Source: an uncultured Candidatus Melainabacteria bacterium
Lineage (GTDB): Bacteria > Cyanobacteriota > Vampirovibrionia > Gastranaerophilales > Gastranaerophilaceae
NCBI GenBank assembly: GCA_934693235.1
Contig: CAKUUY010000009.1
Span: 1,688-65,687, forward strand
Length of the DNA: 64,000 bases
Reading direction: 5' to 3'
This document shows, one piece after another, positions 24,960-34,958 of this stretch (the first letter of the stretch is position 1; every line of letters begins with the position of its first letter). The notes under the pieces were generated by a model. That model was not told the DNA's origin, ran no database searches, and was given only the letters and a program-made list of their open reading frames with translations. The position numbers were made by a program, and so were the translations under genes.

Positions 24960-25895
24960 ATGGAAGAATTTACGCATTATACGGTTATGAAAAATGAGGC
25001 TGTTGACGCATTGGAGTGTCAAGACGGTAAAATTTACGTTGATTGTACGCTTGGCGGAGGCGGACATAGCGGTTTGATTTTAAGTAGAATTCAGCCAAAT
25101 GGGCGCTTGATTGCGTTTGATGTTGATGAAGATGCTATTAAAGCTTCATCAGAAAGACTAAAAGATTACAAAAACTTAACAATTGTAAAAAATTCGTATA
25201 CAAATATTAAGGAAGTTTTACATTCTTTAGGAATAGAAAAAATCACAGGTGGTGTGCTTTTTGATCTTGGTGCGTCTTATCATCAGTTTCACAAGGGGGA
25301 AAGAGGGTTTTCTTTTTCCAAAGAAGCTCCGCTTGATATGAGGTTTAATCAAGATGCTGATTTTTCGGCGTATGATGTTGTAAATACTTATTCAGAGGAT
25401 GATTTGGTTCGAATTTTTTCTGAATATGGAGAGGAAAGATTCTCAAAAAGAATTGCAAAAAAAATTGTAGAACAAAGAAAGCTTAAAAAGCTTGAAACAA
25501 CAACAGAATTAGCTGACTTAATCGTAAATTGTATTCCACATGTAAAGTCGTCAATTCACCCTGCCACACGCGTTTTTCAGGCAATTCGTATCGAAGTTAA
25601 TCAAGAGTTAACAAATGTAAAAAATACTCTGAATGATGTGTTGGATTTATTAGATTTTGGTGCTATAATAAGTGTAATAAGTTTTCACTCTTTGGAAGAC
25701 AGATTAGTGAAACGCTTATTCAAATATCATTCGCAAAAATGCCACTGTGATAAGTCTCAAATGATTTGTCACTGCCCGCCTCCGATTTTGGAGCTGGTAA
25801 ATAAAAAACCAATAATGGCGAGTGAGCAGGAGATACGGGAAAATCCACCATCAAGAAGTGCCAAACTCAGAATAGCTAGATGTATAAGGCACTAG
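24960..25895 (+). CDS. rsmH: 16S rRNA (cytosine1402-N4)-methyltransferase
   Basis: HYTVMKNEAVDAL, DCTLGGGGHS, FDLGASYHQF, SFHSLEDRLVK motifs. Confidence 0.93.
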   Translation: MEEFTHYTVMKNEAVDALECQDGKIYVDCTLGGGGHSGLILSRIQPNGRLIAFDVDEDAIKASSERLKDYKNLTIVKNSYTNIKEVLHSLGIEKITGGVLFDLGASYHQFHKGERGFSFSKEAPLDMRFNQDADFSAYDVVNTYSEDDLVRIFSEYGEERFSKRIAKKIVEQRKLKKLETTTELADLIVNCIPHVKSSIHPATRVFQAIRIEVNQELTNVKNTLNDVLDLLDFGAIISVISFHSLEDRLVKRLFKYHSQKCHCDKSQMICHCPPPILELVNKKPIMASEQEIRENPPSRSAKLRIARCIRH

Positions 25896-25939
25896 AACGA
25901 TGAAAAGGTTAGAGAAGATAGTAGTATTGGGGTATACAG

Positions 25940-26404
25940 TTGAATACAGCTAGAGTAAGAACAGAAGAATTTGAACAAGTTAGTTATTCACAAAAAGGAT
26001 ATGCAAGTAATCCGGTAAGGGAAGAAAATCAGGTTATCGAGGGGTATTTCCAAAAGGAGGTATCACAAAAGGCCATGGCAATTAGAAAAGTAAATAAAAC
26101 TTTATGTGGATTATTAGGAATAGCAGTGCTTGTAGCATTTGTAAGCTATTATTTTGCAATGTCAAATGAATTAACTTTGAACAAATTGAGCCGTCAAATT
26201 ACTACTCTTAATGATGAGAATGCAGAATTACAAAATCATTTAGATCGCTTAAAATCTTTCAATAACGTTGATAGCAAAATGATGCAATATAATATGTTGC
26301 AAAAAGCTGCAAAAGTTATTGAAGTTCAGGCTGTTCAATCTGCAACTACTGTTGTTGCAAAACCTGAAAAAACAGCATCTTTCAACTGGGCTATCGGTTA
26401 TTAA
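25940..26404 (+). CDS. ftsL: FtsL-like cell-division protein
   Basis: Follows rsmH; single TM (LCGLLGIAVLVAFVSYYFAM) then coiled coil (LNDENAELQNHLDRLKS); TTG start, true start uncertain. Confidence 0.6.
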   Translation: MNTARVRTEEFEQVSYSQKGYASNPVREENQVIEGYFQKEVSQKAMAIRKVNKTLCGLLGIAVLVAFVSYYFAMSNELTLNKLSRQITTLNDENAELQNHLDRLKSFNNVDSKMMQYNMLQKAAKVIEVQAVQSATTVVAKPEKTASFNWAIGY

Positions 26405-26407
26405 TAA

Positions 26408-26788
26408 ATGATTGACGTATTTCTGTATTGTATTATATTTTTGTGGTTCATTATTTTTGCAACGATTGCCCTGTTGTCAACAAAACCTAGTGGGAAGTTA
26501 ATAAAACAGTATGGTAAGCCATTAGCTTATTTCGCAACTCAAAAGTGTTGGAATACTGTTCCTGTTCGGGGGACTTCTGTCAGAATGTATTTTTATCCAG
26601 ATTTTATAATTGTTTCTGACAATGGAAAAGATTATTTTTTAGATAAATCATTTAAAGATTTTAAGTTGTATGGAAGTATTCTAATAAAAATATTTGAAGT
26701 AAAAGTTAGCGAAATAAAGACGCTTCAAATCAATGTATCATTAAAACAAGATAGAATGTTGAGAGAATTTTTTGGGGTTAAAGATTAG
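26408..26788 (+). CDS. Hypothetical membrane-anchored protein
   Basis: N-terminal TM (VFLYCIIFLWFIIFATIALL); 126 aa; no recognisable motif. Confidence 0.5.
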   Translation: MIDVFLYCIIFLWFIIFATIALLSTKPSGKLIKQYGKPLAYFATQKCWNTVPVRGTSVRMYFYPDFIIVSDNGKDYFLDKSFKDFKLYGSILIKIFEVKVSEIKTLQINVSLKQDRMLREFFGVKD

Positions 26789-26796
26789 AATATTTA

Positions 26797-26831
26797 ACTA
26801 AAGTATGAAATTTCCCATACTAAAGTATGAA
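26797..26831 (+). promoter_or_regulatory. Two perfect 13-bp direct repeats ACTAAAGTATGAA spaced 22 bp, upstream of the GAF/HD-GYP gene
   Basis: 26797-26809 and 26819-26831. Confidence 0.4.
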
Positions 26832-26908
26832 CTTTTGTAAAATTTATTAAAGTTTTTTCTCATGTGTGCCGTAAGTATATGTGAAGGCATGTATGTAAGG
26901 AAAATTTC

Positions 26909-28159
26909 ATGAAAAAAGAAGAGAATAATAATGGTGTTTCACTGTTTTCGCAGTCTGATTACTTGGTAGGTCAAGACCCGATTGAAGAAATTTTTGCACT
27001 TAACTTAGGAGATTTTATCGCTGAAAATCTGATTTCAGAGGATTTGGCAAGAAAAATCGGTAATAATGTAAAAGATAAAAAAGCAGGTCTTGTAAACCAG
27101 TTGAAAGAATTGATTTCAATTTATTCTTTGCAGAATACTCTTTGCGTGTTGAGTTTTAACAAGTCTGAAGAACAGGCAATTTATACGTCTATTGCTCAGT
27201 CTGTATCTCAAATGTTGGAACTTAAGGCATGCCATATTTATCTTGATAAAAATAATGAATTGGAGCTTGTTGGTAGTACTTCTAGAACCATTCTAAAATA
27301 TGTGGAAGACGAAACAACTCCGATTGGAAAAGCTTTTGTAACTGGAGAGACTGTGACAGATGGTGTTACGGTTGTTCCTATGCATTGTAATATTAGGTCA
27401 ACAGGTGTAATCGTTTTGGAAAACGACACTCCGATTAACTACGAATATGTCGAACTTGTTGAAAGTATTGCAGTTCTTTTTGCAACATCAATGACTTTGC
27501 AATCCCAAATTGACGATGCAAATAGGATTATTGAAGATGAACATTCTACTGTTTCTGATTTACAGCATATTAGAGCTGAATTGACAGCTTTAATTGGCGA
27601 TTTGTGCGATTACCAGCAAAGTTTTGTTGAACATTTGGCTTATGCTGTTGATACGAAAGGCCAATATAAAGTTGCACATTCTAAAAATACTGCTAAATTG
27701 GCTCGTCAGATTTGTAAACAGTTAGGATTGAACGAAAAAACTACGGATTTGATATATTATGCAGGTTTGTTGCAAAATATCGGAAAAATTGCGGTTCCGG
27801 AAAAATTGTTTGCTGCAAACGGAAAACTTTCTGTAGAAGAATTGAAATCAATTCAAGAGCATGCTGATTTTGGAGTTCACTTATTGATGAATATTAACTT
27901 CTTGTCAGAAGTTGTTCCATATATTACTTACCAAAAAGAAAGATATGACGGCTCAGGCGAACCTGAGGGGTTGAAAGGTCAGTCAATTCCGTTTGGTTCA
28001 AGAATTATTGCAGTAGCAGATGCTTATTGTGCTATGACATCTGACAGACCATACAGAAAAGCTATGCCTGTAGAAAAAGCACTTGAAATTATGAAATCAG
28101 AATCAGGTCAAAAATGGGATCCTGTTGTCATTCAAGCTTTAGAAGAATGCGCACAATAG
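26909..28159 (+). CDS. GAF domain + HD-GYP-type phosphohydrolase (probable c-di-GMP phosphodiesterase; GYP degenerate as GEP)
   Basis: HSKNTAKLA...LLQNIGKIAVP...HADFG...ERYDGSGEPEGLKG...AVADAYCAMTSDRPYRKA. Confidence 0.8.
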   Translation: MKKEENNNGVSLFSQSDYLVGQDPIEEIFALNLGDFIAENLISEDLARKIGNNVKDKKAGLVNQLKELISIYSLQNTLCVLSFNKSEEQAIYTSIAQSVSQMLELKACHIYLDKNNELELVGSTSRTILKYVEDETTPIGKAFVTGETVTDGVTVVPMHCNIRSTGVIVLENDTPINYEYVELVESIAVLFATSMTLQSQIDDANRIIEDEHSTVSDLQHIRAELTALIGDLCDYQQSFVEHLAYAVDTKGQYKVAHSKNTAKLARQICKQLGLNEKTTDLIYYAGLLQNIGKIAVPEKLFAANGKLSVEELKSIQEHADFGVHLLMNINFLSEVVPYITYQKERYDGSGEPEGLKGQSIPFGSRIIAVADAYCAMTSDRPYRKAMPVEKALEIMKSESGQKWDPVVIQALEECAQ

Positions 28160-28215
28160 CAAACATAGTATTTATCGCTTATTAATAAGTTTGTGCAAAT
28201 ATTTTGCAATTTAAC

Positions 28216-28509
28216 CTACTGCACAATACTAAATGCTGTAATTTTTTCTATTGCGATATTTAACCAATCATATCTAAAACACATGTAATCGTTGCATTTG
28301 CAATCATCTTCTTTGCAAGTGCAATAGTCGTTAAGCCTGCAAGTAAGTGCGTTTTCTATTGTAATAAAATCATCGTGACATTCTTCACACCGTCCCTCTG
28401 GAATAAAGATTTCGCCGTCGATTTTAAGATGGTTTGTAAAAATCGTAATTTTATGAGTTCCACTTTCTTCAACAATTTTGCTGATTGATTTAATTAAATT
28501 TTTTGACAT
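28216..28509 (-). CDS. Cys-rich small hypothetical protein
   Basis: 97 aa; GRCEECHDDF...CRLNDYCTCKEDDCKCNDYMC. Confidence 0.5.
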   Translation of the reverse strand: MSKNLIKSISKIVEESGTHKITIFTNHLKIDGEIFIPEGRCEECHDDFITIENALTCRLNDYCTCKEDDCKCNDYMCFRYDWLNIAIEKITAFSIVQ

Positions 28510-28613
28510 AAAAATATCTCCTTTTTGAAGATAGTTTAAGTTTAAATAATCAAAAAGTTAATTACCTTGTCGGGTATGTTTACTTTTTTTCATAAATTGG
28601 GAAAAAAAATATG

Positions 28614-28626
28614 TTTGTGCTACAAT
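28614..28626 (+). promoter_or_regulatory. Extended -10 promoter of gyrB (TTTGTGCTACAAT)
   Basis: Motif shared with leuS (50474) and the 33866 gene (33832); 37-nt leader with GGGGAG SD. Confidence 0.5.
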
Positions 28627-28663
28627 TAGTATAAGGGATAGACTAAATTAAGGGGAGAAATAA

Positions 28664-31207
<2,544 letters not shown>

Positions 31208-31235
31208 TGAGTGTTGTCAAGGTAAGGTCAAATTT

Positions 31236-31276
31236 AAACAAGTGCTATTTGTTTTTAAATAGCACTTGTTTTTTTT
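31236..31276 (+). terminator. Intrinsic terminator after gyrB
   Basis: 15-bp stem aaacaagtgctattt/aaatagcacttgttt, T run to 31276. Confidence 0.85.
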
Positions 31277-31552
31277 GCGTCTTGGCCTGCAGCAGTTACT
31301 GCAAGTGGTTATTCTGTTAAATTCCGATTTCACTTTAATAACTGCGCCGAATATAGTACTTGTGGTTGGGTGCAAATAGATGTAAATGGATTGAAAAAGC
31401 CAAATGTCGTAGGAAAAGATATTTATTTTGTGAACATTTATAAAAATAAACTGGTTCCATTTACTACTGCTCACAGAAATAATGCCACTTTAAAAGAGGA
31501 CTGTGAACATGGAGAGGGTGTTGGATGTTCGACAATTTATTTGCAAGAATAA
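31277..31552 (+). pseudogene. C-terminal remnant of a pilin-like family member (no leader or hydrophobic N-terminal helix)
   Basis: Frame open from 31259; ...GWVQIDVNGLKKPNVVGKDIYFVNIY...GVGCSTIYLQE carries the family motif D-x-NG-x-K-x-PN-x2-G-x-D-x-[FYW]; no ATG or SD; begins inside the gyrB terminator. Confidence 0.7.
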
Positions 31553-31629
31553 AACTTTTCTTGAACTCAAATCTTTCTTGATGTATGATTAAGCCATAGA
31601 TTAATTAAAAATGAAAGAGAGATTTTAAA

Positions 31630-32289
31630 ATGACAAAAAAAGAATTGATTTTTTTAGGACCACCGGCTTGTGGTAAAGGTACACAAACTAATAAACTTGC
31701 GGAGTATTTGAACTTCCCTCATGTTGATACAGGATCTTTATTGAGAGCTGAAATTAAGGGTGAAACAGAAGCTGGTAAAGAAGCAAAATCATACATTGAC
31801 AAAGGTCAATTGGTTCCTGTTGAATTGGTTACAAGAATTATCAAAAACAGACTTTCTCAGGATGATTGCAAAAACGGCTATATTTTAGACGGTTTCCCTA
31901 GAAGTGTTGAACAAGCAGGTGAACTAGAAAAAATGAATGCTGAAATCGACAACGGAGAGGATACTAGATTTATAGCTGTATACTTTGATATCGATACAAG
32001 TATTTTGGTAGAAAGAATTGTAAATCGTCGTTCTTGCCCTGTTTGTGGTGAAATTTATAACTTAGAATTTAAACCGCCTAAAAATGCTGGACATTGCGAC
32101 AAAGATGGTGCAGAGCTTACTCAACGTAAAGATGATACCAGAGAAGTTGCTCAATCAAGGTTTGATACTTATAATAAAGAAACAGCTCCATTAGTTGAGT
32201 ATTATACTAAGAAAGGTGTTTTGAAATCAATCGACGCAAACGGAACAATCGATGAAGTTTGGGAAAGATTGTTGGAAGTAATTAAATAG
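31630..32289 (+). CDS. adk: Adenylate kinase (zinc-lid type)
   Basis: GPPACGKGTQ P-loop; CPVCG...CDKDG lid; 219 aa. Confidence 0.93.
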   Translation: MTKKELIFLGPPACGKGTQTNKLAEYLNFPHVDTGSLLRAEIKGETEAGKEAKSYIDKGQLVPVELVTRIIKNRLSQDDCKNGYILDGFPRSVEQAGELEKMNAEIDNGEDTRFIAVYFDIDTSILVERIVNRRSCPVCGEIYNLEFKPPKNAGHCDKDGAELTQRKDDTREVAQSRFDTYNKETAPLVEYYTKKGVLKSIDANGTIDEVWERLLEVIK

Positions 32290-32416
32290 TAAGTGAATAA
32301 GGCAATAGGTGAATAAGAGATAAGTTCATTTCGCTCGCTTTTGCTCTAAAACATATTTTGTGCGTTAGTACACGATAAGAACTTATTTACTTATTTACTT
32401 ATTTACTTATTCACCT
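32290..32416. repeat. Inverted arrays of tandem octamers (TAAGNNNN / ACTTATTT words) forming a long imperfect hairpin
   Basis: Left 32290-32329: TAAGTGAA TAAGGCAA TAGGTGAA TAAGAGAT AAGTTCAT; right 32381-32412: (ACTTATTT)x3 ACTTATTC; aggtgaataag... pairs with ...cttattcacct. Confidence 0.85.
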
Positions 32417-32437
32417 CTAAAATAAAGAGGTCTTATC

Positions 32438-33190
32438 ATGATACATAAAAAATCACGTGATGAAATTAAGAGAATTCGACATGCGGGACACATAGTAGCT
32501 CTTGTTCACAAAAAAATGAAAGAGGTTATTGAACCAGGAATTAGCACAAAAGAATTGGATAGTATCGCACACGATATTATCAGAAAAGAACGCGCTATTC
32601 CGACATTCTTGGGGTATCAAGGTTTCCCGGCATCAATTTGTGCGTCTATTAATGAAAAAGTCGTTCATGGAATTCCTCATGAAGATGAAATAGTTAAAGA
32701 GGGCGATATAATAAGTATTGATGTTGGCGCAACTTATGCCGGAATGGTAGGTGATGGTGCTTGGACTTATCCTGTTGGAAAAGTTAGCGATGAGTGTCAA
32801 AGATTGTTGAAAGCGACAGAAGAAGCTCTTTTTGCTGGTATTGCACAAATGAAAGCAGGCAATGTTTTGGATGATGTCTCAGGTGCTGTAGAAGCTGTTG
32901 CTGTTCGTGAAAAATTAGGAATTGTCCGTCAATATGGTGGTCATGGTGTTGGTCACGAAATGCATGAAGAACCATTTTTATTCAATTATAAAGTAGGTGA
33001 TAGAACTTTGTTAAAATCAGGCTATGCAATCGCAATTGAACCAATGTTAAATCTTGGTTGCGACGAAGTTGAAGTTGCCGACGATGAATGGACTGTCAGC
33101 ACAGTTGACAAAAAGCCGTCTGCACACTTTGAACATTCTGTTTTGGTAACAGATGATGAACCAATAATTATTACACAATTGATGGAATAG
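32438..33190 (+). CDS. map: Methionine aminopeptidase, type I
   Basis: 250 aa; VVHGIP, DVGA..GM.GD, HGVGHEMHE, IEPM metal-ligand motifs. Confidence 0.93.
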   Translation: MIHKKSRDEIKRIRHAGHIVALVHKKMKEVIEPGISTKELDSIAHDIIRKERAIPTFLGYQGFPASICASINEKVVHGIPHEDEIVKEGDIISIDVGATYAGMVGDGAWTYPVGKVSDECQRLLKATEEALFAGIAQMKAGNVLDDVSGAVEAVAVREKLGIVRQYGGHGVGHEMHEEPFLFNYKVGDRTLLKSGYAIAIEPMLNLGCDEVEVADDEWTVSTVDKKPSAHFEHSVLVTDDEPIIITQLME

Positions 33191-33194
33191 AATT

Positions 33195-33827
33195 ATGAAT
33201 TACTACATAGGCTTGTCTATGGCTGCTTCATCTGGTATGGATAGCGGTGTCGCTGTTTTAGATGAGGAAAATAATCTTATACTTGTTGATAAACTTTACA
33301 CGATGAATGATGTAATGTTCTTTTTTGATAATTATCCGTCATTGAAGTATTCAAAGATTTGTTCCTCATTAGTTTGGGATAGAACTATGCTTAACGGCAA
33401 ATGGCGAATACTCGGCAAACCTTATCAACAAGTATCCACAAATAAATTAATTCCAAATCGTGATGGTTGGACACACAGGTATTCAACAAGAGGATGCGAG
33501 TATTTTAAATCTTTGACGGAAAAAGGTATTGAAATTAATCGTTTTGAACTTTATTTAACTCGTCAAAGTTTACATTTGGACTCTTGCTATAAAGAGCGTT
33601 CTCCGGCGGATTGTAAGTTTTTGCAACAAACATTGCGCCTAGAATGGGGTTTGGATTTGCCTGCAAATATGATGCCAATGGCTCAATTGGAGGCGATTAT
33701 CGGTGCAATTTTGGCAAAAGAAAATACAAAACATCCCGAAAATATAAAAGTAATTTCCAATTTTAAAGATATGAACGTAATTGATGTTGTTAAAAATCCG
33801 AAAACAATAGAGAGAATTGCGGTATAG
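33195..33827 (+). CDS. Hypothetical protein (possible RNase H-like fold)
   Basis: 210 aa; N-terminus YYIGLSMAASSGMDSGVAVLDEEN resembles the first strand/Asp of RNase H-like nucleases; weak. Confidence 0.4.
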   Translation: MNYYIGLSMAASSGMDSGVAVLDEENNLILVDKLYTMNDVMFFFDNYPSLKYSKICSSLVWDRTMLNGKWRILGKPYQQVSTNKLIPNRDGWTHRYSTRGCEYFKSLTEKGIEINRFELYLTRQSLHLDSCYKERSPADCKFLQQTLRLEWGLDLPANMMPMAQLEAIIGAILAKENTKHPENIKVISNFKDMNVIDVVKNPKTIERIAV

Positions 33828-33831
33828 TTTT

Positions 33832-33844
33832 TTTGTGCTATGAT
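33832..33844 (+). promoter_or_regulatory. Extended -10 promoter (TTTGTGCTATGAT)
   Basis: Same TTTGTGCTA core as the gyrB and leuS promoters; 21 nt upstream of ATG 33866 with GGGAAA SD-like. Confidence 0.45.
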
Positions 33845-33865
33845 AGTGCAGAAAGGGAAATGTGA

Positions 33866-34384
33866 ATGATTGGAAATACGATTAAATCAGCTATAGTTGC
33901 ATCAAGCGTTTTATTAAGCGGATGTTCTCCCTATAGTTCTCCTGAAAATGCGAAAAAATATATGCAAAACAGGCCTCAACAAGAATTGGATGAGGTTCTT
34001 AGTAGTGTTAATAAGCCCGTTAATGTTATAACTTTGTATGATTATGCAGGTGTTCAATCTAAACTTGATTCTGTAGCTTATAAAGATATTTTTATGACAA
34101 CAAATGCCGTTAAAGATTCCGCTAAAATTGCTGAGTTTAACAAAATAGCCGGAATTGGTAAAACGGTACGGGGTAATTTGACTCAAAAACTTAGAGAAAC
34201 AGGAGTAACAGTAAATGAATTTGACCAAATAATTGACAAAGCCCCTTGGACAGAAAAACGTTACGAGTACTTTCAATTTGTCACTGACAGTTTGAATTAT
34301 CGTAAGTTTTTCAAAAAACATAATCTTCTAAATAAAAAAACAATGAAAATGATTAAAGATATTTCTAAAAGAATAAAACCTTAG
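33866..34384 (+). CDS. Lipoprotein, hypothetical
   Basis: Lipobox LLSG|C at residues 16-20; 172 aa. Confidence 0.6.
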   Translation: MIGNTIKSAIVASSVLLSGCSPYSSPENAKKYMQNRPQQELDEVLSSVNKPVNVITLYDYAGVQSKLDSVAYKDIFMTTNAVKDSAKIAEFNKIAGIGKTVRGNLTQKLRETGVTVNEFDQIIDKAPWTEKRYEYFQFVTDSLNYRKFFKKHNLLNKKTMKMIKDISKRIKP

Positions 34385-34486
34385 AAGAGGTGAGATTTTG
34401 TACGTAAAACAATAGGATGTTAAAATAAGAGTATGAACTTGAAAGAGGAGCTGAAAAACGTTGAATTTGCCATGAAAATAGCCGTC

Positions 34487-34496
34487 GGGGGGGGGG
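34487..34496. repeat. Homopolymeric G10 tract
   Basis: gtc-GGGGGGGGGG-cagt counted directly; same C-G10-CA context as the tract at 45274. Confidence 0.95.
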
Positions 34497-34701
34497 CAGT
34501 GCGTCGACACATGGACGCGAAGATAGATTATTTTGGGCTGCTGAGCAGCTGGGAAGCGAAGCAGCTAAGCGAAACTGTCATTGCGAAGCGAAAAGTTGTA
34601 AGGGGATTGTTAAAATTTTTGAGAATTCGCTGTCGCAATCCCATTCAATTAAAAGAGAGTTTGTAAAATTATTAAGTTTAACTAAACTGAAACTTTTTAT
34701 T

Positions 34702-34889
34702 TTCTCGCCCCTTGGGGAGAGAAGAAATTTCTTAGCGAATGTTGTTGAGCTTAGAAATTTCAGAGAGGGGGAAAATCAAACTAATTCAAAACAAATGTCT
34801 AAGGTATGGATGAATTGCGTACCCTCTCCCAAATTTCTAAGTTCGCCTTAGCTCACTAAGAAATTTTGCCCTCTCACAAGGAGAGAGGG
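34702..34889. repeat. Composite GC-rich repeat block: two ~55-bp imperfect inverted units built from CTCTC/GAGAG hairpins and AAATTTCT/AGAAATTT stems
   Basis: Unit 34716-34771 versus reverse complement of 34822-34875 (shared aaatttcttag...cttagaaattt); hairpins 34702-34723 and ccctctc/gagaggg 34869-34889. Confidence 0.75.
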
Positions 34890-34958
34890 TGTGACAGCGT
34901 AATTGGCAAAACTGTAAAAAAATACAAGTAAATACAATATAAGAAAGGAATATAAAAC

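Noticed and set aside
31217-31474. 85-aa minus-strand ORF
   Set aside because: It is antisense to the pilin-family remnant, whose plus-strand translation carries the family motif, and it runs through the gyrB terminator.
32381-32412. CRISPR-like array, considered for the tandem octamers here and at 9868-9907
   Set aside because: The repeats are only 7-8 nt and directly abutting, with no spacers, and there are no cas genes. These are microsatellite-like words, not CRISPR repeats.
34433-34666. 77-aa ORF containing the G10 tract, considered as a genuine protein gene
   Set aside because: The downstream half is built from GC-rich repeat words (gtcattgcgaagcgaa and similar) and has no protein-like features. 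It is kept only as a possible leader or switch element, as described in the findings.
34716-34875. Bona fide invertible promoter (fimS-like) upstream of PL3
   Set aside because: No site-specific recombinase is encoded in the window, and the 50-bp core has no convincing -35/-10 in either orientation. It is retained only as a low-confidence hypothesis.
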